Under the pieces are notes generated by a model. That model was not told the origin of the DNA and searched no databases. It worked only from the letters and a program-made list of their open reading frames with translations. The translations under genes were made by a program, and so were the position numbers. Positions 25,179-35,094 of a stretch of DNA of 46,399 nt are shown one piece after another (position 1 is the first letter of the stretch; each line of letters begins with the position of its first letter). This DNA comes from a virus (taxonomy: Duplodnaviria > Caudoviricetes). Location of the stretch: positions 1 to 46,399 of IMG/VR virus record IMGVR_UViG_3300027265_000053. One strand, given 5' to 3'.

Positions 25179-26669
25179 ATGAAAATGTTGTCCACATGGC
25201 CGGCTCGCGGGTTGTTCCTGGCCGTCGCCGTAATTTTATCGATGTTGTGCGTACCGATCTCGATGGCGTCCCCCCTGCCGGCTTTACAGCTCGCCGGGCT
25301 GCACATCGATAAATTCAACCTCAAAGAGCAGCCCGATTTTTGGCTGGCGGGGTTAGGCACCATCGGTGCGGTGCGCAGCTCCAGGCGCCTGCGCGAATTG
25401 CAGGCTAAAAAGGCCGCTGCTATTGACAAGGCTACCGCCATCAACGCTCAAGCCGCCGCAGATAATGACCGCGACCTGACCGACGATGAAAACGCCTCTT
25501 TCAAGGCCGCCATGACCGAGGCCAACGGCCTACAGTCCAGCATCGACCGGGAAATAGACCTGTTGGCCCATAAGGCCGACGACGCCGCAAGAGCCGGCGC
25601 AACAGGCCATGTCTATGTCCATGACAATGCCGAGGACGACCCAGTGCGCGGATTCAGGAGCTTCGGCGACTTTGCCGCAGCAGTTAAGGCAGCCTCATTG
25701 CCGCATGGCGCTGTCGATGAGCGCTTGCGCATCGGCGCCGCTGCGCCGGGTACCTATTCCAGCGAAGGCGTTGGCGCTGACGGCGGTTTTGCCGTGCCGC
25801 CACAATTCTCGGCCGAAATTTGGCGCTTGTCGCTGGGCGAAGGCTCATTGCTGCCATTGACCCAGAATACCGAAGTGTCCGGCAACAGCATGGTATTTCC
25901 GAAAGACGAAACCACGCCGTGGGGGTCAAGCGGTGTCCAGGCTTACTGGCGCAATGAAGGGCCGGCTTTAACGGGTTCCAAGTTGCAACTTAGTACCGAT
26001 GCTTTGCGTCTCCATGAGTTAACCGTACTGGTCCCGGTTACTAACGAGTTATTGGAAGATGCCGCCGCATTAGCATCCTACATTCCGCCGCTGGCGTCCG
26101 AGCGTATCCAGTGGAAAACCAATGAATCTATTCTGTTCGGCACTGGTGTAGGCCAGCCGACAGGCGCTCTAAACAGCGCAGCGGCCATCGTTGTGGCCAA
26201 AGAATCAGGACAAGCCACTCTGACATTATCACAGCCCAACATCTCCAAGATGCGCTCAAGATTACTGACCGGCAACCTGCGCAACGCCATCTGGCTGGGT
26301 ACGCCTGACCTGCTCCCCGCGCTGGAAGGCTTGACCGTCGGCAACATCCCCATTTTTCTACCGCCCGGTACCGGTTTGCGCGACGCTTACGACGGCACAT
26401 TGAACGGACGTCCGCTAATCCTAAGCGAACACGCCGCCGCCTTCAGCTCGCAAGGCGATTTAAACCTGCTGGCGCTGAACGGTTACCGCACTATTACCAA
26501 AGCGGGCGGAATCGACACCGCGACATCAATGCATTTGTATTTTGACGCCAACGCCACCGCGTTCCGCTTCATTTTCCGCATCGACGGCAAGCCGATCCTG
26601 TCTGCGCCGGTCACGCCGCCGAAATCCAGCAATACCCGGTCGCACTTCGTGTCACTGGGCGCTCGTTAA
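25179..26669 (+). CDS. Major capsid protein, HK97 fold
   Basis: GGAG RBS before 25179; coiled-coil delta region, DGGFAVP, VTNELLED, GTGVGQPTG, TLNGRP, FIFRIDG. Confidence 0.92.
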   Translation: MKMLSTWPARGLFLAVAVILSMLCVPISMASPLPALQLAGLHIDKFNLKEQPDFWLAGLGTIGAVRSSRRLRELQAKKAAAIDKATAINAQAAADNDRDLTDDENASFKAAMTEANGLQSSIDREIDLLAHKADDAARAGATGHVYVHDNAEDDPVRGFRSFGDFAAAVKAASLPHGAVDERLRIGAAAPGTYSSEGVGADGGFAVPPQFSAEIWRLSLGEGSLLPLTQNTEVSGNSMVFPKDETTPWGSSGVQAYWRNEGPALTGSKLQLSTDALRLHELTVLVPVTNELLEDAAALASYIPPLASERIQWKTNESILFGTGVGQPTGALNSAAAIVVAKESGQATLTLSQPNISKMRSRLLTGNLRNAIWLGTPDLLPALEGLTVGNIPIFLPPGTGLRDAYDGTLNGRPLILSEHAAAFSSQGDLNLLALNGYRTITKAGGIDTATSMHLYFDANATAFRFIFRIDGKPILSAPVTPPKSSNTRSHFVSLGAR

Positions 26670-26727
26670 TAATTAACCTCCTGTCTCTTAGCGCAAGGAT
26701 GCGCACCTTTTTATTGAGGATTACCCA

Positions 26728-27177
26728 ATGTATCCAAATATATTGCCCACCGAACAAGTGGCGGGCCTGGGCGGTATCGCCCCAATTTCCCAAGCTGTCG
26801 GCTCGGCTGTTTCTGGCTGGATCTCAATGGCGAGTGTCGGCGCCATCATGGCCGAAATCAAAACCGGCGTGCTGGGTACGGCAGCCACCGTCGACGCCAA
26901 AATACAGCAAGCCACATCAAGCGCCGGTGCCAATGCCAAAGACATCACCGGAAAAGCCATTACGCAGATTGTCAAAGCGACCGGCGACAACAAAACCGCA
27001 TTTATCAATGTCAGCGGCGATGAGTTGGACGTTAACGGCGGCTTTACCTATGTGCAATTGAGCATCACCGTCGGCGCGGCGGAGAGCCTGATCGGCGGCA
27101 CGGTATTAGGCTGCAAGCCGAAAAACTTCCCGGCGTCCGCGCTCAACAACACTAATGTGGTACAGGTCGTTAACTAA
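26728..27177 (+). CDS. Putative head decoration/accessory protein
   Basis: Directly after MCP, GAGG RBS, beta-rich. Confidence 0.65.
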   Translation: MYPNILPTEQVAGLGGIAPISQAVGSAVSGWISMASVGAIMAEIKTGVLGTAATVDAKIQQATSSAGANAKDITGKAITQIVKATGDNKTAFINVSGDELDVNGGFTYVQLSITVGAAESLIGGTVLGCKPKNFPASALNNTNVVQVVN

Positions 27178-28055
27178 TGGGCCTGGCGCTTATCTCGCCG
27201 CCGTCCTGCGAGCCGCTGCACATCAACGACGTGCGGCAGCACGTCAAGCAGGACATCACCGACGATGACAACCTGATTGCACTTTATCTAGGCAGCGCTC
27301 GGGCATATGCCGAAGAAATCTGCCGCAAGCAGTTCGTCGCGGCGAGGTACGTCTACAAATTCGACGGCTTTCCAAGCCAATACCCGCCGCCGTTTGTCGG
27401 TGGCGGTGAGGTCGGCATGCCCGGCAACGCCATCCTGTTGCCGAAAGCGCCGTTGATCGAAGTCGAGTCAATCCAATACATCGACACTGGCGGCAATACT
27501 CAAACCATGCCCGCTACCGATTACGTAGTGGACGCAATCAGTGAACCGGCCAGGATTACGCCGGTATTTGGCAAAATCTGGCCGATCAACATCCCGCAAA
27601 TCGGCTCGGTATGGGTTAATTTTAAAGCGGGCTATGTCTGTCAAGCGGCCTTTGACACCACGGCTGATGCTGTGACGATAAAAAACTGGCGTGCCTTGGC
27701 AGTTGGCGATGTTATCCGTCTCAGTAATTCCGGCGGCGCATTGCCTGCGCCATTAGCCGAAAGAACCGATTATTACGTACAAACAGTAGTATCGCCCGGC
27801 GTTTACAAACTGTCTGCCAGTAACGGCGGCAGCACTATCGACATAACCACGGCCGGTACCGGCCTGAACTTTGCCAGCCAACCCGGCATTAATTTTTCGG
27901 CTGGTGAGCTGCCGGCCACTATCAAAGCCTGGATGCTGCTGCGTTGCGATACCCACTATTCGCACCGCGGCGAAACCATCAACACACGCGGCGGCGAAAT
28001 CACGCCGCTGCCGTATGTCGACAGGCTGCTCGATAACGACAGGTGCTGGGGATGA
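27177..28055 (+). CDS. Head-tail connector (gp6-like) with inserted domain
   Basis: EPLHINDVRQH..DDNLI..AR.YAE; LPATIKAWMLL...YSHR. Confidence 0.85.
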   Translation: MGLALISPPSCEPLHINDVRQHVKQDITDDDNLIALYLGSARAYAEEICRKQFVAARYVYKFDGFPSQYPPPFVGGGEVGMPGNAILLPKAPLIEVESIQYIDTGGNTQTMPATDYVVDAISEPARITPVFGKIWPINIPQIGSVWVNFKAGYVCQAAFDTTADAVTIKNWRALAVGDVIRLSNSGGALPAPLAERTDYYVQTVVSPGVYKLSASNGGSTIDITTAGTGLNFASQPGINFSAGELPATIKAWMLLRCDTHYSHRGETINTRGGEITPLPYVDRLLDNDRCWG

Positions 28056-28423
28056 CGGCGGTTGCAGTTACCTGGCCCGATAACGGCGAGTTGCAGCGGC
28101 GTATCACCGTCAGGCGTCGGACCAGCCAGCCCAACGTCGATATGGGGCTGACCGAAACGTTTGATGCTGGATTTTCCAGATGGGCAAAAATCGATCCGGT
28201 ATCGGGTGCAGCCTATTGGGGCAGCATGCAGACCGGCGAGGCCATGACGCATCGAATCTGGTTGCGCTACGGCACCGGCACCAAGCCGGAAGACATCACC
28301 CAGCAACACGTTATCGACTACCCGAACGGTAACGCCCGCTACCGCGTCCTGCGCGCAACCAACGTCGGTGACGCGCAACGCTTTACTATGCTTGAGGTCA
28401 AACATTTAGGTCCGATTATTTAA
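28052..28423 (+). CDS. Head closure protein (SPP1 gp16-like)
   Basis: GELQRRITV, WAKIDPVSG, THRIWLRY. Confidence 0.85.
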   Translation: MTAVAVTWPDNGELQRRITVRRRTSQPNVDMGLTETFDAGFSRWAKIDPVSGAAYWGSMQTGEAMTHRIWLRYGTGTKPEDITQQHVIDYPNGNARYRVLRATNVGDAQRFTMLEVKHLGPII

Positions 28424-28441
28424 TTAATAGGTATTATCAAA

Positions 28442-28870
28442 ATGGCCGGAATAAGTAGTCAGCAACAAAACAATATCAGAATCAGAATCGAATTCGACTT
28501 TAATCGCATCCTATTTAATAAGCGCGAAATCAAAGCCGCCATCCGTAAAGGTGGCGGCGAAGTGCGCAAAGAAGCGCGGCGATTGATTGCCCGGCGAGCA
28601 ATCTCGGGCGATGGTGAATTTCCTGGTTACTTCACCGGCGCCATGAGTCGCTCGATAAAAGTCAAGATGGGTTCTGGCGGCGGCTACGCCAGAATAGCGC
28701 CGTATAAAACCGCCGAAATGAAAGAGTTTTACCCGGCTTACCTAGAATACGGCACTAGCCGAGGATTAAAACCGCGTAAAAACTTTATGCTGGCGGCCCT
28801 GGATAACAAAGAGGCAGCCATTAGAGCCGCTATATCGGCAGCATTGCAACGAGCCTTACAAGTCGCATGA
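28442..28870 (+). CDS. HK97 gp10-like tail completion protein
   Basis: TGAMSRSI, FYPAYLEYGT, PRKNFM. Confidence 0.85.
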   Translation: MAGISSQQQNNIRIRIEFDFNRILFNKREIKAAIRKGGGEVRKEARRLIARRAISGDGEFPGYFTGAMSRSIKVKMGSGGGYARIAPYKTAEMKEFYPAYLEYGTSRGLKPRKNFMLAALDNKEAAIRAAISAALQRALQVA

Positions 28871-29460
28871 ATCTAAATACCGTCATCGCGCATTTGCGCA
28901 CTTACTGCCCGTCGTTTTCCGGTCGGGTGGCCGGCGCGGCGCGCTTTAAATTGTTAGAAGAAACAGCCAGCCTGGCCGTGCCGCATGCGTTTGTTATCCC
29001 GTTGGACGACAACCCGGACGATCCAATGAGTCTCAACGACGTGCGCCAAAAACTGGTCGAATCGTTTTCCGTCGTCGTTGCGGTCAGCAACGTCCCGGAC
29101 GAGCGCGGGCAAAACGCCGTCAATAACGCGCACGACAGCATCCGCGCCGAATTATGGCGTGCATTGCTCGGCTGGCAGCCGGACTCAACCATTTATCGCG
29201 GCATCTATTATCAGGGCGGCAATCTGCTGGAGCTGGATAGAGCAAGGCTGTGGTATCAATTTGATTTCGGCGCCGAAATGCAAATCGGCCCTGAAGACGG
29301 TTGGCAAGATGTCGAGCTTGATGCTTTACCGCATTTCGACGGCATGACCATCAAAGTTGACGACATCGATCCAGCAGCGGATACAAACCTGTCATATCCC
29401 GGCCCGGATGGGCGCATAGAGCACATAATCACATCACCCAAAACCGGCAATTTGCCGTAA
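28867..29460 (+). CDS. Tail terminator protein
   Basis: CPSFSGRVAGAA, LWRALLGWQP, RLWYQFDF; synteny. Confidence 0.8.
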   Translation: MNLNTVIAHLRTYCPSFSGRVAGAARFKLLEETASLAVPHAFVIPLDDNPDDPMSLNDVRQKLVESFSVVVAVSNVPDERGQNAVNNAHDSIRAELWRALLGWQPDSTIYRGIYYQGGNLLELDRARLWYQFDFGAEMQIGPEDGWQDVELDALPHFDGMTIKVDDIDPAADTNLSYPGPDGRIEHIITSPKTGNLP

Positions 29461-29475
29461 TCGTAGGAGTTTCAC

Positions 29476-29658
29476 ATGTTTGTAAAACCCGTTGCCGGTC
29501 GGAAAGTTCCCGACCCGGTCCGCGGCGACCTATTGCCCGCAGAAGGGCGAGAAGTCGAGCCGCAACAGTATTGGGATCGCCGCATTGATGACGGCGACGT
29601 TATTGAAGTGGCGCCGGTGGTAGATACACCAACACGCACAGCAAAATCGGAGCAATAA
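29476..29658 (+). CDS. DUF2635 (Mu gp38-like) protein
   Basis: VKPVAGRKVPDP..LPAEG..YWDRRIDDGDV. Confidence 0.88.
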   Translation: MFVKPVAGRKVPDPVRGDLLPAEGREVEPQQYWDRRIDDGDVIEVAPVVDTPTRTAKSEQ

Positions 29659-29660
29659 TC

Positions 29661-31151
29661 ATGCCTGTATCATTCAATTACATTCCGGCCGGTAATGGCG
29701 TTAGGGTGCCGCTGTTTTATGCCGAAATGGATAACAGCCAAGCCAACATAGCCTCCATGCCGTTGCGCTCACTGCTGATCGGTCAAAAATTAGCCGCCGG
29801 CAGCGCTGTAGCGGATACGCCTTACATCGTCGGCACCGTCAGTCAGGCAATCGGCTTATTTGGTCGCGGCTCCATGTTGGCCCGCATGTATGCCATTTAC
29901 CGTCTTTCCGATCCAACCGGAGAAGTGTGGTGCTTGCCGGTTGCCGATGCAGGCGCAGGCGTCGCCGCTACCGGCACCATTACCGTGACCGGCCCGGCTA
30001 CCGGGGCGGGAACCATTAACTTATATATCGCCGGGCAAAACGTCCAGGTCGCCGTCGGCAGTACGGATACGGCTGACGCCATTGCCGCATCGATCAACAC
30101 CGCGATTAATGCGGCGACAGATTTGCCGGTCACGTCCGCCGTTGCCTCGGCCGTTGTAACGCTGACATGCCGCTGGAAAGGCGCAACCGGCAACGACATC
30201 ATGGTAACCGACTCTTACCGGGGCAATGCCGGCGGCGAGTCATTGCCGGCCGGTGTAGCGCTTGCTTACGTTGCTATGGCGTCGGGCGCAACTAACCCGA
30301 CATTAACCAGCACCATTACCGCGATGGGCGACGATCCTTACGACTTCGTGATCCAGCCCTATACCGACTCAACCAGCCTTGATGCCTTTGCTACAGAATA
30401 CGGCGACGCCTCCGGCCGCTGGTCCTGGTCGCGGCAAATTTACGGGCATTGCTACACCGCATTGCGCGGCACGCTGTCGGCCTTAACCACCGCCGGCGGC
30501 TTAAGAAACGACCCGCATCACACCATTGCCGGTATCGACGTCGATTGCCAACATCCGAACTGGGAATATGCGGCCGCTTACGGCGCAAGAAACGCCGTCT
30601 ATATTGCCGCCGACCCGGCCAGACCTACGCAAACCGGCCAGTTGACCGGCTTAATGGCTCCACGTGCCGGTAAAAAGTTCATCTGGACGGAGCGCAACTC
30701 CTTGCTGTCCTACGGCATCGCCACCAGCTTCGTAGTTTCCGGCGTCATCCAGATCGAGCGGGCAATCACCACTTACCAAAAAAACACCTTTGCCCAGCCA
30801 GACATCAGCTATCTGGATTCTGAGACCCTGCACACTGCGGCTTATGTATTGCGCTATTTATCCAGCGCTATCACCAGCAAATACGCGCGGCATAAACTCG
30901 CCAACGACGGCACCCGCTACGGTGCCGGCAATGCGGTGGTAACGCCGTCGGTTATCCGTAGTGAGTTGTTGGCGGCTTATGACGCGCTTGAATTTCTTGG
31001 CATCGTCGAGAACCAGGAGGCATTTAGGGCGCACTTGATCGTCGAGCGCGACATCACCAACCCCAACCGATTAAACGTGTTATTCCCGCCTGATTATGTC
31101 AATCAGTTGCGGGTATTCGCGGTGCTTAATCAATTCAGACTTCAATATTAA
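29661..31151 (+). CDS. Tail sheath protein (Mu-like)
   Basis: RVPLFYAEMDNS, FGRGSMLARM, RAITTYQKN, RHKLANDG, VNQLRVFA. Confidence 0.95.
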   Translation: MPVSFNYIPAGNGVRVPLFYAEMDNSQANIASMPLRSLLIGQKLAAGSAVADTPYIVGTVSQAIGLFGRGSMLARMYAIYRLSDPTGEVWCLPVADAGAGVAATGTITVTGPATGAGTINLYIAGQNVQVAVGSTDTADAIAASINTAINAATDLPVTSAVASAVVTLTCRWKGATGNDIMVTDSYRGNAGGESLPAGVALAYVAMASGATNPTLTSTITAMGDDPYDFVIQPYTDSTSLDAFATEYGDASGRWSWSRQIYGHCYTALRGTLSALTTAGGLRNDPHHTIAGIDVDCQHPNWEYAAAYGARNAVYIAADPARPTQTGQLTGLMAPRAGKKFIWTERNSLLSYGIATSFVVSGVIQIERAITTYQKNTFAQPDISYLDSETLHTAAYVLRYLSSAITSKYARHKLANDGTRYGAGNAVVTPSVIRSELLAAYDALEFLGIVENQEAFRAHLIVERDITNPNRLNVLFPPDYVNQLRVFAVLNQFRLQY

Positions 31152-31160
31152 GGAGGAGTC

Positions 31161-31520
31161 GTGGCAAGAAGAATTGCAGGTATTTGTTACGTCAAAGTTG
31201 ATGGTACTCAGCTTGAAGTAAAAGGCGGCGTTGAAGCGTCCTTGTCTCCCACTAATCGTGAGGCCGTTATGGCGCTCAGTGGTCTGGCAGGCTACAAAGA
31301 GACCGCACAGCGCCAGTTTGTAAAGGTTAGCGCGATCTTAACCACAGATTTTCCGATTAATCAGTTGGTTAATGGCACTAATATGACGATCACGACCGAG
31401 TTCGCCAACGGCAAGGTCCATACCTTGACCGGTGCGTATCTGGAGGGCGAGCCCACGGCCAACGGCGAAGAGGGTACGACAGAACTTGAATTTACTGGGG
31501 TAACGGGGATTTGGTCATGA
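31161..31520 (+). CDS. Tail tube protein
   Basis: RIAGICYVKVDG...EFANGK; follows sheath. Confidence 0.9.
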   Translation: MARRIAGICYVKVDGTQLEVKGGVEASLSPTNREAVMALSGLAGYKETAQRQFVKVSAILTTDFPINQLVNGTNMTITTEFANGKVHTLTGAYLEGEPTANGEEGTTELEFTGVTGIWS

Positions 31521-31810
31521 TTATTGAGTTATCAAAACCCATTACCGTGGCTGGATCGCCCGTATCAGAGTTGGGCTTAAGAGAGCCAACCGTTGATGAC
31601 GTCATCGAACTCGGTTATCCGTTTTTAGTCATGCAGGGCGATAACGGCACGGCGATACAGTTGCAGCCGAAAATTGTCATGAAGTATGTTTCAAGGCTGG
31701 CAGCAGTGCCGCCGAGCAGTTTGAAAACCATCTCGCTTGGCGATCTTTCCAAGCTACAAGAGGCGGTAATGGGTTTTTTCGGGGACGAGGCGGAAACGTC
31801 TCAGAGTTGA
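31517..31810 (+). CDS. Tail assembly chaperone; -1 frameshift product extends to 31947
   Basis: LSKPI..LREPT; slippery GGGTTTT at 31771-31777; -1 frame encodes ELTDRAFEVAYFFKLDP...QAGRI. Confidence 0.88.
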   Translation: MIIELSKPITVAGSPVSELGLREPTVDDVIELGYPFLVMQGDNGTAIQLQPKIVMKYVSRLAAVPPSSLKTISLGDLSKLQEAVMGFFGDEAETSQS

Positions 31811-31936
31811 CCGATCGGGCGTTTGAAGTCGCCTATTTTTTTAAATTAGATCCGGCGGTAGTCATGGCGCTATCGCTGGATCGTTTCGAGTTGTACGCAG
31901 ACCAAGCCGGTCGTATTTCTGAATTGGTGAATGGTG

Positions 31937-33862
31937 ATGGCGGGTAGTTTTAATCTTAGAGCAATCATTTCCGCTGTCGATCGGCTGTCTCCGGTTTTGC
32001 GGGCGCAAGCGCGCACGCTAAATACCTGGAAGCGGCAGTTTGCGGCCGCTGGAAAAGGCGCTATTCCAATGGCTGCTGGGCTTGGTGCGGGGCTGGCTAT
32101 TCCGGCTAAGGCTTTTATGGATGTTGAGAATGCGTCCATTGGCCTTAAAAATACGCTAATGAACAAAAACGGCATTTCCAGTGGCTTCGAGTCTATCAGC
32201 AAGATTGCTACCGGGCTTGGTAACCAGCTGCCCGGAACAACGGCCGATTTTATGAACATGGCCTCTCAGCTGAACGGCTTGGGCGTCAATGCCGACACCA
32301 TCGCTGGTGGTGCTTTAAAGGCTACGGCTTATCTGGCCGTAGTAGGAGAGCGCTTCGACGTTACCTATGAGTCGGCCGCCGATGCAGTAGGAAAGCTCGG
32401 CAAGGCTTTAGGTATTGCCGACAATGATTTGGTACCGTTTGCCGACACATTGCAGCGGGCGCTGCATATGGGTACCGATCTTACTCAGGTGCAATATGCC
32501 ATGACCAAGGTTGCGCCAAGGCTCAAAGGTTTAAATATCCAGGGCTTGGGCGTGGCCAATGATCTGGTGCCGTTGGCAGCGATGTTGACCAGCATGGGTA
32601 TTAGCGGAGAGGCGGCAGGGACGGGTATCGAAAAGATGATAGCTGGTGCGGTATCGGTTGGGAAGTTTAAGGGAGTCACGGCGCTGGTGCATGATTTGGA
32701 GAAAATGCACAAGCTAGCTCCCGCAAAAATGATGGACAAAATGAAAAAACTATTTGGCGATGAAGGCGAGCGGGTAGGTCAGGTAATCGCCGCAGGCGGT
32801 TATGACAAGATGGTTAGCGGGATGAAAAACCAGGCCGACTTGCAGCAGCGCATCAATAATTCGCTGGGTACGTTGACCAATCTCTGGGAGGGGGCCACTG
32901 GAACGTTTACTAATGCCTTGGCAGCGTTTGGCGAAGTCTATGCTCCGGAGTTAAAGCAACTCTCGCAATTGATAAACGATGTGTCCGGAAAGCTAATTGA
33001 CTGGGCAACCAATAACGGCCCGGCGATAAGGATAGCCCTCAAAATGGCCGGCGCTTTCATCGGTTTAAAGCTCGGTTTTCTTGCGGCGGCGGCGGTCCTG
33101 GGTGTGCTAACAAAGGTCATGCTGTCAAATCCCATTATGTTGTTGGTGCAGGCTATAGCCATAGCAGCGCCCTACATTTATGAGCATTGGGGCGAAATAA
33201 CCCAATTCATGAAAATATCATGGAATGATGCGCTGGTCTGGATCGATGCAAAGTTTCAAACTTTTGTCGATGGGCTGTTGTTGGCCGTTAATGCCGTTCG
33301 AAGCATATTTAACTTTAGCGATATATCGGTAACATTGCCTAAGCTAAGCGATTCATTTTCTATCGTCCCCAATGTGCCCAGCGTCCCGCAGTCACTAAAT
33401 GCACCCAGTGTTCCAAGCGTTCCGCAATCACTAAATACACCCAGTGTTCCAAGCGTCCCGCAGTCACTAAATGCACCCAGTGTTCCAAGCGTTCCGCAAT
33501 CACTAAATACACCCAGTGTTCCAAGCGTTCCGCAATCACTAAATACACCCAGTGTTCCAAGCGTCCCGAAACCACCAAGTGCCCCCGCATCTGGTTTTTT
33601 TGCTAATGCAGATCAGTCAGACGGTAGCATGGCGCTACCGGGCGCAAAAAGCCCAGCGCAACAGCAGCGCGAATACGACGCTGCTAAAGCTGCATCGCGC
33701 AAAAATATAGTCCAGGCATCCGCTCCGGCCGTAAAAGGCTCTATCGAGATCAACTTTAACAATGCGCCCGCCGCAATGCGGGTCGAGCCGGCAAAAACCA
33801 GCGGTCCGGTATCCGTGCGGCCAAACGTCGGTTATCGCTCGTTCGCGACAGGTACATCATGA
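31937..33862 (+). CDS. Tape measure protein
   Basis: LRAIISAVDRLS, LGNQLPGTTADF, QADLQQRI; synteny. Confidence 0.92.
   Translation: MAGSFNLRAIISAVDRLSPVLRAQARTLNTWKRQFAAAGKGAIPMAAGLGAGLAIPAKAFMDVENASIGLKNTLMNKNGISSGFESISKIATGLGNQLPGTTADFMNMASQLNGLGVNADTIAGGALKATAYLAVVGERFDVTYESAADAVGKLGKALGIADNDLVPFADTLQRALHMGTDLTQVQYAMTKVAPRLKGLNIQGLGVANDLVPLAAMLTSMGISGEAAGTGIEKMIAGAVSVGKFKGVTALVHDLEKMHKLAPAKMMDKMKKLFGDEGERVGQVIAAGGYDKMVSGMKNQADLQQRINNSLGTLTNLWEGATGTFTNALAAFGEVYAPELKQLSQLINDVSGKLIDWATNNGPAIRIALKMAGAFIGLKLGFLAAAAVLGVLTKVMLSNPIMLLVQAIAIAAPYIYEHWGEITQFMKISWNDALVWIDAKFQTFVDGLLLAVNAVRSIFNFSDISVTLPKLSDSFSIVPNVPSVPQSLNAPSVPSVPQSLNTPSVPSVPQSLNAPSVPSVPQSLNTPSVPSVPQSLNTPSVPSVPKPPSAPASGFFANADQSDGSMALPGAKSPAQQQREYDAAKAASRKNIVQASAPAVKGSIEINFNNAPAAMRVEPAKTSGPVSVRPNVGYRSFATGTS
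33377..33568 (+). repeat. In-frame 36-bp tandem repeat, 5.3 copies (PSVPQSLN[A/T]PSV)
   Basis: Two unit variants in order A-B-A-B-B, no spacers. Confidence 0.95.
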
Positions 33863-35094
33863 CCCAATATCAAGCCACGCCGCTGCTAAAAGAAAAACTG
33901 CGCCCGGCGTCGTTTCGCGGCGTGCCGTTCGAGGTCGATGGCACAGAGTTTACGGAGTTTGAGGTTGGGCGAAGAACTCAGGTTCACGAATACCCGCAGC
34001 GCGACAAGCCTTATGCTCAGGACATGGGCCGGGCGACTCGCCATATCGGTTTTCCCGGATTTGTAGTCGGTCCCGATTACGTCGATAAAGCCAACGCCCT
34101 GATCGGTGCGCTGGAAGAGTATGGCCCAGGCACGTTAGTGCATCCCTGGTTTGGATCGATAAAAGTTAGCGTTGAGCGTCCGGCCCGCGTGTCATTTAAT
34201 GGCGATTTGGGGCTGGCAAAATTGCAGCTTGCGTTTGTCGAGTCCGGCGAGCTGGCGTTTCCGTCGTCCGCTCAATCGACGGCGGCGCAATCGCGCAAAG
34301 CCGCAGAAAACATGGAGGCCGAAAGCGTAAGTTGGTTTGCCAGCGTCGTTGCCTTTGCCAATCAGGTGAGTGACGTGGCCGCTCAGGCGTTGACGCTATA
34401 CGGTCAAGTGCTGGCGTTTATCGCCAATCCCGCGTTTGCGTTGGCAAATATGTTGGGTTTCGGCAGCTTGCTGGGTAATCTTATCAGTTTGTCGGCGCTA
34501 TTTGGTATGCCCCTGTCGCTTGGCTGGAGTCTCGCCGGCCTGCTCAATCTGTCGTCAAAAGCCAAAGACGGCACGTTAACCGCCAGCGACAGCACGTTGA
34601 TTCCTGTCGTGCGCGGCTTGACCCGCATGGCCGTCGATCCCGTCCTGGCCGCGCCGCCGGTCCAGACCTATATCACCCCGACCACGGCACAATTGCATCA
34701 AAACCGTACCGCTATATTAGCCAATGTCCGGCAGTTGTTGTTGGTTCAGGCTGTCGGTCTGAGCAGCTATATAAAGTGCGCGATTTACGACGACGCCATT
34801 GCCGCGCGCAATGAATTGTCGTCGGCGCTGGAAGTCGAGGCCATGCAATGCACGGATGACACTCTGTATCAGGCCATAGTTGCGGCCAGGGCGGCAATTT
34901 GGCGTGACCTGACCGAGCGTTCGCGCGACAGTGCGCGCTTGACGATCATCACGCTGCCCGAGGTGTTGCCGATGTTGGCGATTGCTTACGATTATTACGA
35001 GGATGCCGGTAGGGATCGAGAAATTGTGGATAGAAACAAAATACGTCATTCCGGTTTTGTACCGGTGACGACGTTAAAGGTATTGAGCCGATGA
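33859..35094 (+). CDS. DNA circularization/tail protein (Mu gp43-like)
   Basis: LRPASFRGVPF, GRRTQVHEYP, GPGTLVHPWFG. Confidence 0.93.
   Translation: MTQYQATPLLKEKLRPASFRGVPFEVDGTEFTEFEVGRRTQVHEYPQRDKPYAQDMGRATRHIGFPGFVVGPDYVDKANALIGALEEYGPGTLVHPWFGSIKVSVERPARVSFNGDLGLAKLQLAFVESGELAFPSSAQSTAAQSRKAAENMEAESVSWFASVVAFANQVSDVAAQALTLYGQVLAFIANPAFALANMLGFGSLLGNLISLSALFGMPLSLGWSLAGLLNLSSKAKDGTLTASDSTLIPVVRGLTRMAVDPVLAAPPVQTYITPTTAQLHQNRTAILANVRQLLLVQAVGLSSYIKCAIYDDAIAARNELSSALEVEAMQCTDDTLYQAIVAARAAIWRDLTERSRDSARLTIITLPEVLPMLAIAYDYYEDAGRDREIVDRNKIRHSGFVPVTTLKVLSR

Noticed and set aside
33377-33568. 36-bp repeats as a CRISPR array
   Set aside because: Head-to-tail with no spacers, in frame within the tape measure gene, and no cas genes.
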